Positions 39,105 to 46,841 of a stretch of DNA of 64,000 nucleotides are shown here, piece after piece. Made by a program: the position numbers and the translations under genes. The notes beneath the pieces were generated by a model. The model saw only the letters and a list, made by a program, of their open reading frames with translations, was not told the DNA's origin and searched no databases. The DNA is from Thermoplasmata archaeon. GTDB lineage: Archaea; Thermoplasmatota; Thermoplasmata; UBA10834. The stretch covers positions 13,679 to 77,678 of the forward strand of contig JBFESP010000007.1 in assembly GCA_041548485.1 (NCBI GenBank), in the 5' to 3' direction. The first letter of the stretch is position 1. Every line of letters begins with the position of its first letter.

Positions 39105-39698
39105 TTGGCGAAGTGGACGAAGACCGTGGCGGCAACTTTCGCGGTAGTCGCAATCGTGCTTCTCGGATACGCGATATTCTCGCAGGAGTCCGATGAAGAC
39201 GTGATCACTCCGGGCATGGGGGACCGGCACGTCTATTCGTCCTCCGACCTGGCGTTAATCGTGGTATCCTCGTTCATAATCGCGGTGGCGATCATGTTCA
39301 TATTCCTCCGGGAGGACTATGAGCCGCTCCCGCCGTCCATGAAGCCGCATCTGCCGCCCCCTCCGTCAGAGGACGAGAAGGGACTAGCGGTCCTGCAGGA
39401 TGTGGGGTCCACCGCAGAGCAGACGGCCTCGGAGCGGTCCTCGAGGGCGGTCGACGACGAGGAGAAGAAGCGGGAAACCTACCTCGTCCTCCGGCTCCTC
39501 ACCGGGGACGAGCGAACCATGTTCAGGACGATCATCGACTCGGGGGGGGAGGCCCTGCAGAAGGATCTAATGCAACGTGCAAAAATGTCCAACGCCAAGG
39601 TCTCCCGTGTTCTAGACCGGCTCGCCGAGAAGGGAGTGATCTCCAAGGAGAGGCACGGGTCGACCAACAGGGTTCGCATTGTCTTCGACTTCGAATGA
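39105..39698 (+). CDS. membrane-anchored wHTH transcriptional regulator (COG2512-like)
   Basis: Two N-terminal TM helices, a Pro/acidic linker and a C-terminal MarR/IclR-like wHTH (LTGDERTMFRTIIDSGGEALQKDLMQRAKMSNAKVSRVLDRLAEKGVISKER). TTG start preceded by GAGGGG. Confidence 0.7.
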   Translation: MAKWTKTVAATFAVVAIVLLGYAIFSQESDEDVITPGMGDRHVYSSSDLALIVVSSFIIAVAIMFIFLREDYEPLPPSMKPHLPPPPSEDEKGLAVLQDVGSTAEQTASERSSRAVDDEEKKRETYLVLRLLTGDERTMFRTIIDSGGEALQKDLMQRAKMSNAKVSRVLDRLAEKGVISKERHGSTNRVRIVFDFE

Positions 39699-39721
39699 CG
39701 ATGCGGAGGCCGGTTTTCACT

Positions 39722-39765
39722 CACTTTTCACGACAGTGAGAAGGTTTTGGGCACTTTTCAGGACA
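39722..39765 (+). promoter_or_regulatory. direct repeat CACTTTTCA(C/G)GACA x2, spaced 30 nt, upstream of the small secreted-peptide gene
   Basis: Copies at 39722-39735 and 39752-39765 agree at 13 of 14 positions. Extra TTTTCAC at 39714-39720. The T-runs may also terminate the upstream gene. Confidence 0.35.
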
Positions 39766-39857
39766 ACTCCAAATACCCTTTCAGCCAAACATGTATCCAA
39801 GAAGCTACGGGTGTGAGGCTAGGATTGCCCGCAGCGAGAGAGGAGGTGAACACACAG

Positions 39858-40100
39858 ATGAAGACGATCGTAATACTCGCCGTAGTCGGTATCGTCGCTG
39901 TCGTCGGAGTGGCCGGGGCGGCGATTGCCTCGGAGCCCGCCGCGGACGCCTTGGGGCTTGAGTGCCTGTACGAGTGGGCGCATCAGCACGCATGGAAGTG
40001 GTCCGGGGAGGGCACGGACATGCCATACAACCACGACTACAACTACAGCTACGACTACGAAACCGACCCAGCCGAGCTTGAGCGCAACTGCACTGCGTGA
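39858..40100 (+). CDS. small secreted protein (80 aa precursor), aromatic/His-rich with two Cys
   Basis: GGAGGTGA lies 8 nt upstream of ATG 39858. Signal peptide MKTIVILAVVGIVAVVGVAGAAIA is followed by SEPAADALGLECLYEWAHQHAWKWSGEGTDMPYNHDYNYSYDYETDPAELERNCTA. Confidence 0.6.
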   Translation: MKTIVILAVVGIVAVVGVAGAAIASEPAADALGLECLYEWAHQHAWKWSGEGTDMPYNHDYNYSYDYETDPAELERNCTA

Positions 40101-40257
40101 CCCGCTTGACGAGGCTGCCAACCTTTTCCCCAAACCCTTTGGCCTTATCCTTTTCCGAACGGAACCGGCACCGAGGAGATGAACACGACGGTATTCGAGC
40201 GCCCGCTAACGAGCCAAGACCGTATCCGTTTTATACTGGCCCTCCCCTGTACGCGTC

Positions 40258-41289
40258 GTGGTGAGCGGCATGGGGGATGACACGACTGTCAAGCGGAAAC
40301 GCCCCAGCACGGGGTTCCTGTTCGTAAGAGACGCAGTCATCGCGATGGCGTTCGTCGCCTCCGTCCTCTTGGTGATGTACGCCTACACGGGCCTTTGGCC
40401 TCCGCTCGTCGTCGTCGAATCGAACAGCATGATGCACAGTGAGGATAACACTAGCTACATCGGAGTGATCGACACGGGCGACATGGTCCTCGTCAAGGAT
40501 GTCGACACACCGGACGACATCGTGACATACATGGAGGGCTTCGTCGACGGCCATAGGACCTACGGAGACTATGGGGACGTGATCATCTACAAGAAGATGG
40601 GGTCCGAGATTTCCACGCCCATCATACATCGCGCCATCGTGAACCTCGAAGCGAACGAAGATGGAAGCTACCGATGCGAGGCGTTGAGAGACGCCCCGGA
40701 GGACAAATGGAATGTGACAGGCGGATCCGATTCCTGGGACCACCTTACAAGCACGCTCATCATATACAACGTCGGCTACAGAAACACCTCCGTGAACATA
40801 GACATCGCATCCATCCTGAGCGAGTTTCGAAGAGCTAATTCAGACCCGACGGATGGATTCATAACGAGAGGGGACCACAACACAGGAGTGGACCAGTCAT
40901 ACCGAAGCACTTACGTTCCCGTGGACATCGACTGGGTCGTGGGAAAGGCGCGGGGGGAGATCCCGTGGTTCGGCCTGCTGAAGCTGTGGGTCACCGACTC
41001 GTTAGGAAGCGAAGCGCCGGAGAACAGCGTGCGCAGCCTGTGGGTATCCATCGCAGTGATCGTCGTCGTGCCCATAGCGATCGATGTCGTCCTCACCTAC
41101 AAGATCCGGAAGAAGATCGCGAGGAAGCGCGAGGTTGCGCGGAGGGCGTATGAGATGGAGATGGCGGATGACGGCGCGAGGACAGGTGAGGTGGAGACCC
41201 CTGGTGAGCCCGACGCAGATCTGCCGCCCCCCGACGAGACCGAGCATTCCACCCCGGAGGCCGGATCGCCACCGGAACGCCCTACATAA
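40258..41289 (+). CDS. archaeal signal peptidase I (S26B, Sec11-type) with a large insertion and a C-terminal TM + acidic Pro-rich tail
   Basis: Catalytic Ser box VVVESNSMMH, His box IIHRAIV, ITRGDHN box and VVGKARGEIPWFG. TATA TTTATAC lies about 25 nt upstream. Confidence 0.85.
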   Translation: MVSGMGDDTTVKRKRPSTGFLFVRDAVIAMAFVASVLLVMYAYTGLWPPLVVVESNSMMHSEDNTSYIGVIDTGDMVLVKDVDTPDDIVTYMEGFVDGHRTYGDYGDVIIYKKMGSEISTPIIHRAIVNLEANEDGSYRCEALRDAPEDKWNVTGGSDSWDHLTSTLIIYNVGYRNTSVNIDIASILSEFRRANSDPTDGFITRGDHNTGVDQSYRSTYVPVDIDWVVGKARGEIPWFGLLKLWVTDSLGSEAPENSVRSLWVSIAVIVVVPIAIDVVLTYKIRKKIARKREVARRAYEMEMADDGARTGEVETPGEPDADLPPPDETEHSTPEAGSPPERPT

Positions 41290-42517
41290 GCGTCGTCTGA
41301 TACCGAAGTTTGTAGTTCTTCAGTTGGCCGAGCGTGTCATCGTCCTGGAGAATGTCCTTGGCCTCGGTGTTCGGGACGCTCAACTCGATCTCCTTCGTCC
41401 GTCCCCCCCGCCCAAAAGACTTCACACGGGCATGTATGAGACCCAGCATATCCAGCTCCGATATAAGGTCGGTGACCCTTCGCTGGGTCAGAATCGCCAC
41501 AGAGGTGCACTGGCAAAGCTCCTTGTATGTCTCGTAGAGGTCTCCGGTCGTCAGTTTCGCGTTGCCTTTCTCCTCGTTCAGTACGACACCCATGAGGACG
41601 AGTTTGGACTGCAGCGGCAGCGTCCTGACGGCCTCTGTGACGCAGTCGAGCTCGATCTTGTTCTTCGCCTTCGCGACCTCGGATTCCGTAACGACTGACA
41701 ACTGATGACGATCTGCGAGCTCCGCGGCGACTCGCAACAGGTCGAGTGCGCGCCGCGCGTCTCCGTGCTCCTGTGCAGCGAGCGCCGCGCAGAGCGGTAT
41801 AACAGAGGGTTCGAGCACGTTCTCGTCGAATGCGAGGGCCGCCCTCTGGCTGAGAATATCCCTTAGCTGTTCCGCGTTGTAGGGAGGAAATACCATCCTC
41901 TCCTCGCTGAGAGAACTGCGCACCCGTGGGTCTAGGAACTCAGTGAACTTCAGATCGTTAGAGATCCCGACCGCGCTCACCCTGGCGTTCTTCAGGTCGT
42001 CGTTGATCCTACAGAGATGATAGAGCACGTCGTCGCCGCTCTTCGAGACCAATTTGTCGATCTCATCAAGGACGAGGATTATGACGCGGCTTGTCTCGTC
42101 TATCTTGTCGCGGAGGATGTGATAGACGCGCTCGGTGCTCCACCCGGTGAACGGTATGCGTTCCTCGAAATCGTTGATGAACAGATTGCCCAGGTTCTGG
42201 AGTATCCCATACTGCGTGTCGACGACCTCGCAGTTCATGTAGATGAAGTGGACTTTGCCGTCTCCGGAGCTAGCCCGTTCGAGCTCTTTCCCGACGTATT
42301 TGATGGTCGCGGTCTTGCCCGTGCCGGTCTTACCGAACAGCAGTATGTTCGAGGGTCTTTGACCTTCGAGCGCGGTAACGAGAACGGACGCCAGCTGATC
42401 TATCTGCTCCTCCCTGTGAGGGAGGACATCCGGGATGTATGACGACCTGAGAACATCCTTACCGCCCCTGAAGAGCGATTTCGGCCGGATGTATTGCTGA
42501 AAGATAGTATCCTGCAT
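41282..42517 (-). CDS. orc1: Orc1/Cdc6 replication initiator
   Basis: Walker A GKTGTGKTATIKYV, Walker B ILVLDEID, and a C-terminal winged helix (KSFGRGGRTKEIEL). ATG 42517 is preferred over the ORF-track 42595, which runs into the ORB elements. Confidence 0.93.
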   Translation of the reverse strand: MQDTIFQQYIRPKSLFRGGKDVLRSSYIPDVLPHREEQIDQLASVLVTALEGQRPSNILLFGKTGTGKTATIKYVGKELERASSGDGKVHFIYMNCEVVDTQYGILQNLGNLFINDFEERIPFTGWSTERVYHILRDKIDETSRVIILVLDEIDKLVSKSGDDVLYHLCRINDDLKNARVSAVGISNDLKFTEFLDPRVRSSLSEERMVFPPYNAEQLRDILSQRAALAFDENVLEPSVIPLCAALAAQEHGDARRALDLLRVAAELADRHQLSVVTESEVAKAKNKIELDCVTEAVRTLPLQSKLVLMGVVLNEEKGNAKLTTGDLYETYKELCQCTSVAILTQRRVTDLISELDMLGLIHARVKSFGRGGRTKEIELSVPNTEAKDILQDDDTLGQLKNYKLRYQTTLM

Positions 42518-42545
42518 CTGATTCCCCCGGACTCTCGGAAAAGTC

Positions 42546-42576
42546 CTTCCCCGCCCAAACGGCTTCACATGGAAAT
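42546..42576 (-). repeat. ORB-like element a (with G-string)
   Basis: Minus strand reads ATTTCCATGTGAAGCCGTTTGGGCGGGGAAG, with a TTCCA..TG.A core plus a G-run as in archaeal origin recognition boxes. Confidence 0.55.
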
Positions 42577-42588
42577 GTGCTCGCACGG

Positions 42589-42614
42589 TCCACATGAAAC
42601 TGAGGGATTTGGGG
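42589..42614 (+). repeat. ORB-like element b (with G-string), inverted relative to a
   Basis: TCCACATGAAACTGAGGGATTTGGGG. Confidence 0.55.
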
Positions 42615-42770
42615 AATGCCGCGAAGCGTACTTAAGGGTTAATATTATCCTGGGATTCCATTTTATCCACAGCGTCGATATTTCGGGGATTTGCGCCAGC
42701 CAGCATTTGCGGTAAATGCTGCGTTACGAATAAAAGATGCGGACCACCGTTCTGCGAACTCCGTAAGACG

Positions 42771-42793
42771 CCCCCCTTCATTTCCAGTGGAAT
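42771..42793 (-). repeat. ORB-like element c (with G-string)
   Basis: Minus strand reads ATTCCACTGGAAATGAAGGGGGG. This is the closest of the four to the canonical TCCA.TGGAAA...GGGG ORB. Confidence 0.6.
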
Positions 42794-42863
42794 CCCATCC
42801 GCTCCGTGCGTGCTGAACGCAGAGGTGTCGACTCCATACGAAAGCATGGTTTCGATTCCTTTA

Positions 42864-42880
42864 TTTCATCTGGAAACGAC
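42864..42880 (+). repeat. mini-ORB-like element d
   Basis: TTTCATCTGGAAACGAC, with no G-string, inside an AT-rich stretch. Confidence 0.4.
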
Positions 42881-42899
42881 GATATAGTATGATAACATT

Positions 42900-44219
42900 T
42901 TGCACGACAGACGGAGACTAGTAGGCTTGAAACGTGCGATATTGTTGTCGATAGATGATGACCTGGACGAAATCCGAGCGTTGCTTCACACGCTGGAAGT
43001 CGTCGTCGAGAAGGAGGTTGTCCAGAGGAGAAGGGAGGCTCACAGGAAGACTTACCTTGGCCCTGGAAAGGTGGAGGAGGTACGAGAAGACGTAGAGGTA
43101 TTGGATGTTGACTATGTTGTTGTTAACGGGGACTTGAAACCATCGCAGCATCACGCCCTTGAGATGCTCTTCCAAAAGGTGTGTCTAGATCGAGTGGGTG
43201 TGATTTTAAGGATATTTGCGAATCACGCACACACGAAGGAAGCGAAGGATCAGGTTACACTTGCCACGCTAAGGTATGAGCTGCCCTTCCTGAGAGAATG
43301 GATTCACAAGGCGAAGAAGGGAGAACGCCCGGGGTTCTTGAGCGGTGGGGCATATGCCACGGAAGTTTACTACGAGCACGCGAGAAGTCAGATTGGGCGT
43401 ATAGAACGCAATCTGAAGGTTCGTTCGAAACAGCGAGAGGTGCGACGCGCGTTGAGAAGGAAGAGAGGGTACTTCCTCGTATCCTTCGCTGGCTACACGA
43501 ACGCGGGTAAGTCCGCCCTATTGAACGCTCTCTCCGGTTCGGAGACGGTCGTAGACAGCAGACTATTCTCGACGTTATCAACCACAACAAGACGATTGAA
43601 CGAATCGAGAAGGAATGTACTTCTGACGGATACCGTAGGATTCATCAGGCGGCTCCCACCAAATCTCGTGAACGCGTTCAATTCTACTCTGGAGGAGATT
43701 TTCCTTGCGGACTTAGTCATAGTGGTTGTGGACGTTTCGGAGTCGCCCGATAAGATACGAATGAAGCTGACGACCACGTTAAGTGTGCTCGTCCCGAGAC
43801 TGTGTGGGAAGAAGATGTTGTTGGTTGGAAATAAGATCGACCTCGTGTCCTCCGACGCCCGATGCAAAGCCCGAGATCTTATAAGGACCATCCACCCGAA
43901 TTCGGATGTAACTCTCGTATCCGCAACTGATCATATCGGTCTCAAGGAGCTGACTTCAGTGATTGAAGCCACAGAAAACCGCAGTTGTGTACTCACTATC
44001 TCCCTCCCTATTACAGACTCTGCACTCTCTCTGATTTCAAATTTGCATGAGTTCGTAGATATCGAAGAAACGAAGACGGATACCCGTGTCAAACTCATTC
44101 TCAGATGCCGAATGGATGAGGTGCAGAAACTGATGGGCAGGATTGAAGCCATCGGCGGAACCGTAGCCTCGACTAACGAAGTTCTGCCTAATGACGCCGC
44201 GGGTGAGAAGGGTCCATAG
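42900..44219 (+). CDS. hflX: GTPase HflX
   Basis: HflX N-domain, G1 GYTNAGKSALLNAL, G3 DTVGFI and G4 NKID. TTG start according to the ORF track. Codon usage is visibly A/T-richer than in neighbouring genes. Confidence 0.88.
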   Translation: MHDRRRLVGLKRAILLSIDDDLDEIRALLHTLEVVVEKEVVQRRREAHRKTYLGPGKVEEVREDVEVLDVDYVVVNGDLKPSQHHALEMLFQKVCLDRVGVILRIFANHAHTKEAKDQVTLATLRYELPFLREWIHKAKKGERPGFLSGGAYATEVYYEHARSQIGRIERNLKVRSKQREVRRALRRKRGYFLVSFAGYTNAGKSALLNALSGSETVVDSRLFSTLSTTTRRLNESRRNVLLTDTVGFIRRLPPNLVNAFNSTLEEIFLADLVIVVVDVSESPDKIRMKLTTTLSVLVPRLCGKKMLLVGNKIDLVSSDARCKARDLIRTIHPNSDVTLVSATDHIGLKELTSVIEATENRSCVLTISLPITDSALSLISNLHEFVDIEETKTDTRVKLILRCRMDEVQKLMGRIEAIGGTVASTNEVLPNDAAGEKGP

Positions 44220-44261
44220 GAAGCAAAGGGGGCCCCCATCGCGTTGCCCACCGATTACCCC

Positions 44262-44681
44262 TCATTTCAGGTTGAACTGCCGCTTCTTCTCGAACACGCG
44301 CACCTCGAAACGTCTGGGCAAGGACCATGCAAGGTATTCGATCTCGTCCATGTTCCTAACGAACTTGGCCTTGCTAGGCGTCGAGACCAGTCTCGTCAGG
44401 GCTCGGATCTTCTTGAAATAGTCATACAACCACCACCCTGCTCCTACGAGAAGCAAGGGGCCCCCAACGAGAAGCCAGTACGCCCACGACCCGAACGGTT
44501 CTGTCAACTCCTGCAGGACGAACAGGTAGGGCGGAAGCTTGTCCAGGAGAAACACTCCCGTCACGCCCACCAACGTCAAGAAAGCTGAAACTGCGCAGAG
44601 GAAACTGCTCAGCTCCAGCCTGTACTCCGTCAGCACCCCCTTGGGCACAATCACACCTGATAAACCTGTAATCCCGCACAC
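44262..44681 (-). CDS. membrane protein (2-3 TM) with a basic C-terminal cytoplasmic tail, function unknown
   Basis: 139-aa ORF with hydrophobic segments FLCAVSAFLTLVGVTGVFLL and WAYWLLVGGPLLLVGAGWWLY. Confidence 0.55.
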   Translation of the reverse strand: MCGITGLSGVIVPKGVLTEYRLELSSFLCAVSAFLTLVGVTGVFLLDKLPPYLFVLQELTEPFGSWAYWLLVGGPLLLVGAGWWLYDYFKKIRALTRLVSTPSKAKFVRNMDEIEYLAWSLPRRFEVRVFEKKRQFNLK

Positions 44682-44760
44682 ATCTTAATCATTTCTCAAG
44701 ACCGCGAATCGGCTACACGTAGTAGATGCCCTGAACCCGACTAGTCTCCCGTCCTCCTGC

Positions 44761-45411
44761 GTGGACGCTCAGAACCACCGAACCAGAATCGCCTGCCTCC
44801 TCTTGGTGGCAACCCTGAGTTCTGCGCTGCTTGCCGCCTGTGCCGCCATTCCACCGACCGTAGGGGTCCAGGACTGCCTGACCCTCGAGGAGGGGACGCC
44901 CGTGCGCGTGGTTGGCGTGGTGAGCGCTCACCGTGCCTATGACTCTGGCACCGAAGTCGTGACGATGGTCGACCGATACGGCGGGGCCGAGGTTCGCGCT
45001 ATCTGCTCGCCGACCCGGGCGCCGGCCCTGTCCACTCTCCTGTCAATCGGCGATCTGATTAGAGTGGAGGGATCGGTGGGCAGGGACGCCTCCAGCACGA
45101 TCGTCTTCGCGCCCAGGGACCGGGTCTCCCTGCTGTGTCGCTCCGAGTTCGTGCTCTCGGTGGAGTTCCTGTGTGACAACTGGAGACTCTTCGAGTCGGA
45201 CCGGTTCAACGTGACCGGCAAACTGGAACGCAGCGGCGACGCCGTGGTCCTCCGGAATCTGATCAATGAGCGCAGGATACTCCTCCGGCACTCTGAGAGT
45301 CTTTCGATGGACCTCGTTGGCGAGACGGTCATCGTGGACTGCACCCTGCTAATCGATCTGCATTCGATGACAATCTACATATGGGCATGGGCGCTCCGCG
45401 CGGCCCGATGA
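44761..45411 (+). CDS. membrane-anchored hypothetical protein with two OB-fold-like segments
   Basis: N-terminal TM/signal (RIACLLLVATLSSALLAACAA) and two VRVVGVV/FNVTGKL-type beta-barrel-like repeats. No family recognised. Confidence 0.5.
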   Translation: MDAQNHRTRIACLLLVATLSSALLAACAAIPPTVGVQDCLTLEEGTPVRVVGVVSAHRAYDSGTEVVTMVDRYGGAEVRAICSPTRAPALSTLLSIGDLIRVEGSVGRDASSTIVFAPRDRVSLLCRSEFVLSVEFLCDNWRLFESDRFNVTGKLERSGDAVVLRNLINERRILLRHSESLSMDLVGETVIVDCTLLIDLHSMTIYIWAWALRAAR

Positions 45412-45443
45412 CAGCAATCATTTTCTGCAGGGCTCCCGTTGCC

Positions 45444-46778
45444 ATGGGTGTGTCCGCGACATATCTGGGGTTCGACGACACGGACTCCCCTCAGGGCATG
45501 TGCACCACATTCCTGGCCACTCTCATCCTGGACGAGTTGGGAGACGTCGACCTGGTCGGTCTGCCCAGGTTGGTCCGCCTCAACCCGAACGTTCCGTGGA
45601 AGACCAGAGGGAACGCCGCCGTGTGTCTCTCACTCGGCCAGGGCGTCGGAGTAGGCAAGATCTGCGGCGCAATCGACGGTCGCCCCATCAGATACTACGA
45701 CCGCGGCACCTCTGCCGATCCAGAGGTGTTGTTGTCTGCTGCAGCAAAGGTCCTTGAACGGGTGGCCGAATTCGACTGCGACAAGACGAACCCGGGGATG
45801 GTGGCGACGAACAAGAAACCCTCTCAGCGCATCTATTGGAGGGCGGTAAGGGGGGTTTTGTCACTCTCCGAGGTGAAGCGGGAGCTTCGGGCGGTCGGGG
45901 CCTCGTGGAAGGGATACAAGAATGGCCGAGGCATCATTGGTGCGGCGTCCGCGGTCTCGTGGCGCCCGCACGATCGAACGTGGGAAGTCATATCGTACAG
46001 GACTCCCGGTCGCATTGGCACGGAGCGCGTGGTCGACAGCGGGAGCGTGGTCAGGATGGACAGCGAGACGAAGTCCACTTTTCACAACTATGACCCTGAG
46101 AACAAGCACGTCGCCATCACGCCCGCCTCTCCGTGCCCCGTTCTATTCGGCATCAGGGGCGACTCGGCCGATGAGCTGATGCGGGCGAGGAAGATGATAC
46201 ATGGAGAACCTCCGCTCAGTTGGCTTCTATTCCTGACGAATCAGGGCACCGACGACCATATTGTCAGATGTCGAGTTCGCGACCTTGAGCCCGGGATGTC
46301 CGCGCGAGTCCAAGCGACCGTGGCGGCGTCGCCCCGGTCGATCGAGGGCGGTCACGTAATCGTGAGGGCATCAGACGGAGATGCCATCGACATCGCATTC
46401 TACGAGCCCTCCGGCGACATGAACCGCGCTGCGAGAAACCTTGTCCCCGGGGACGGAATCGTGGTCTATGGATCCGTGCGCGATTCCCCCAGAAGCCTGA
46501 ACGCAGAGAAGCTCCACGTGCTCCATCTGACGACCGTGCACAGGAAGGAAGCCAACCCTCTCTGCGTCATCTGTGAGAAGAGGATGGGGTCTCTCGGGGC
46601 CTGCCAGGGATATCGATGCAAGAGGTGCGGAGCGCGTGCTCCTGCGAGCGCTGCAGAGTACACAGAAGCGAGTCGCGAGATACGTGCTGGCTGGTACGAA
46701 CCACCCGTCGCATCCAGGAGGCACCTTCACCGACCGGTACGACGGATGTCGAGGGTCGATATCAACAGCTTATTATAG
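45444..46778 (+). CDS. tiaS: tRNA(Ile2) 2-agmatinylcytidine synthetase
   Basis: YLGFDDTDSPQGMCTTFLA N-terminal signature, an OB domain and a C-terminal zinc ribbon (CVICEKRMGSLGACQGYRCKRCG). Confidence 0.88.
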   Translation: MGVSATYLGFDDTDSPQGMCTTFLATLILDELGDVDLVGLPRLVRLNPNVPWKTRGNAAVCLSLGQGVGVGKICGAIDGRPIRYYDRGTSADPEVLLSAAAKVLERVAEFDCDKTNPGMVATNKKPSQRIYWRAVRGVLSLSEVKRELRAVGASWKGYKNGRGIIGAASAVSWRPHDRTWEVISYRTPGRIGTERVVDSGSVVRMDSETKSTFHNYDPENKHVAITPASPCPVLFGIRGDSADELMRARKMIHGEPPLSWLLFLTNQGTDDHIVRCRVRDLEPGMSARVQATVAASPRSIEGGHVIVRASDGDAIDIAFYEPSGDMNRAARNLVPGDGIVVYGSVRDSPRSLNAEKLHVLHLTTVHRKEANPLCVICEKRMGSLGACQGYRCKRCGARAPASAAEYTEASREIRAGWYEPPVASRRHLHRPVRRMSRVDINSLL

Positions 46779-46841
46779 CGACCTGAATCATGCTTGTCCC
46801 CACTGCTGGCGCGGTGTCAGCGACATCGGAAGGGATACCGA

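Larger units (their letters stand above)
42518..42899. other. probable chromosomal replication origin (oriC): ORB-like repeats flanking an AT-rich unwinding region
   Basis: Lies directly upstream of orc1/cdc6. Four ORB-like elements form two inverted pairs. A hand count of 42631-42740 gives about 44% GC, against about 60% or more in flanking genes. Confidence 0.7.
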
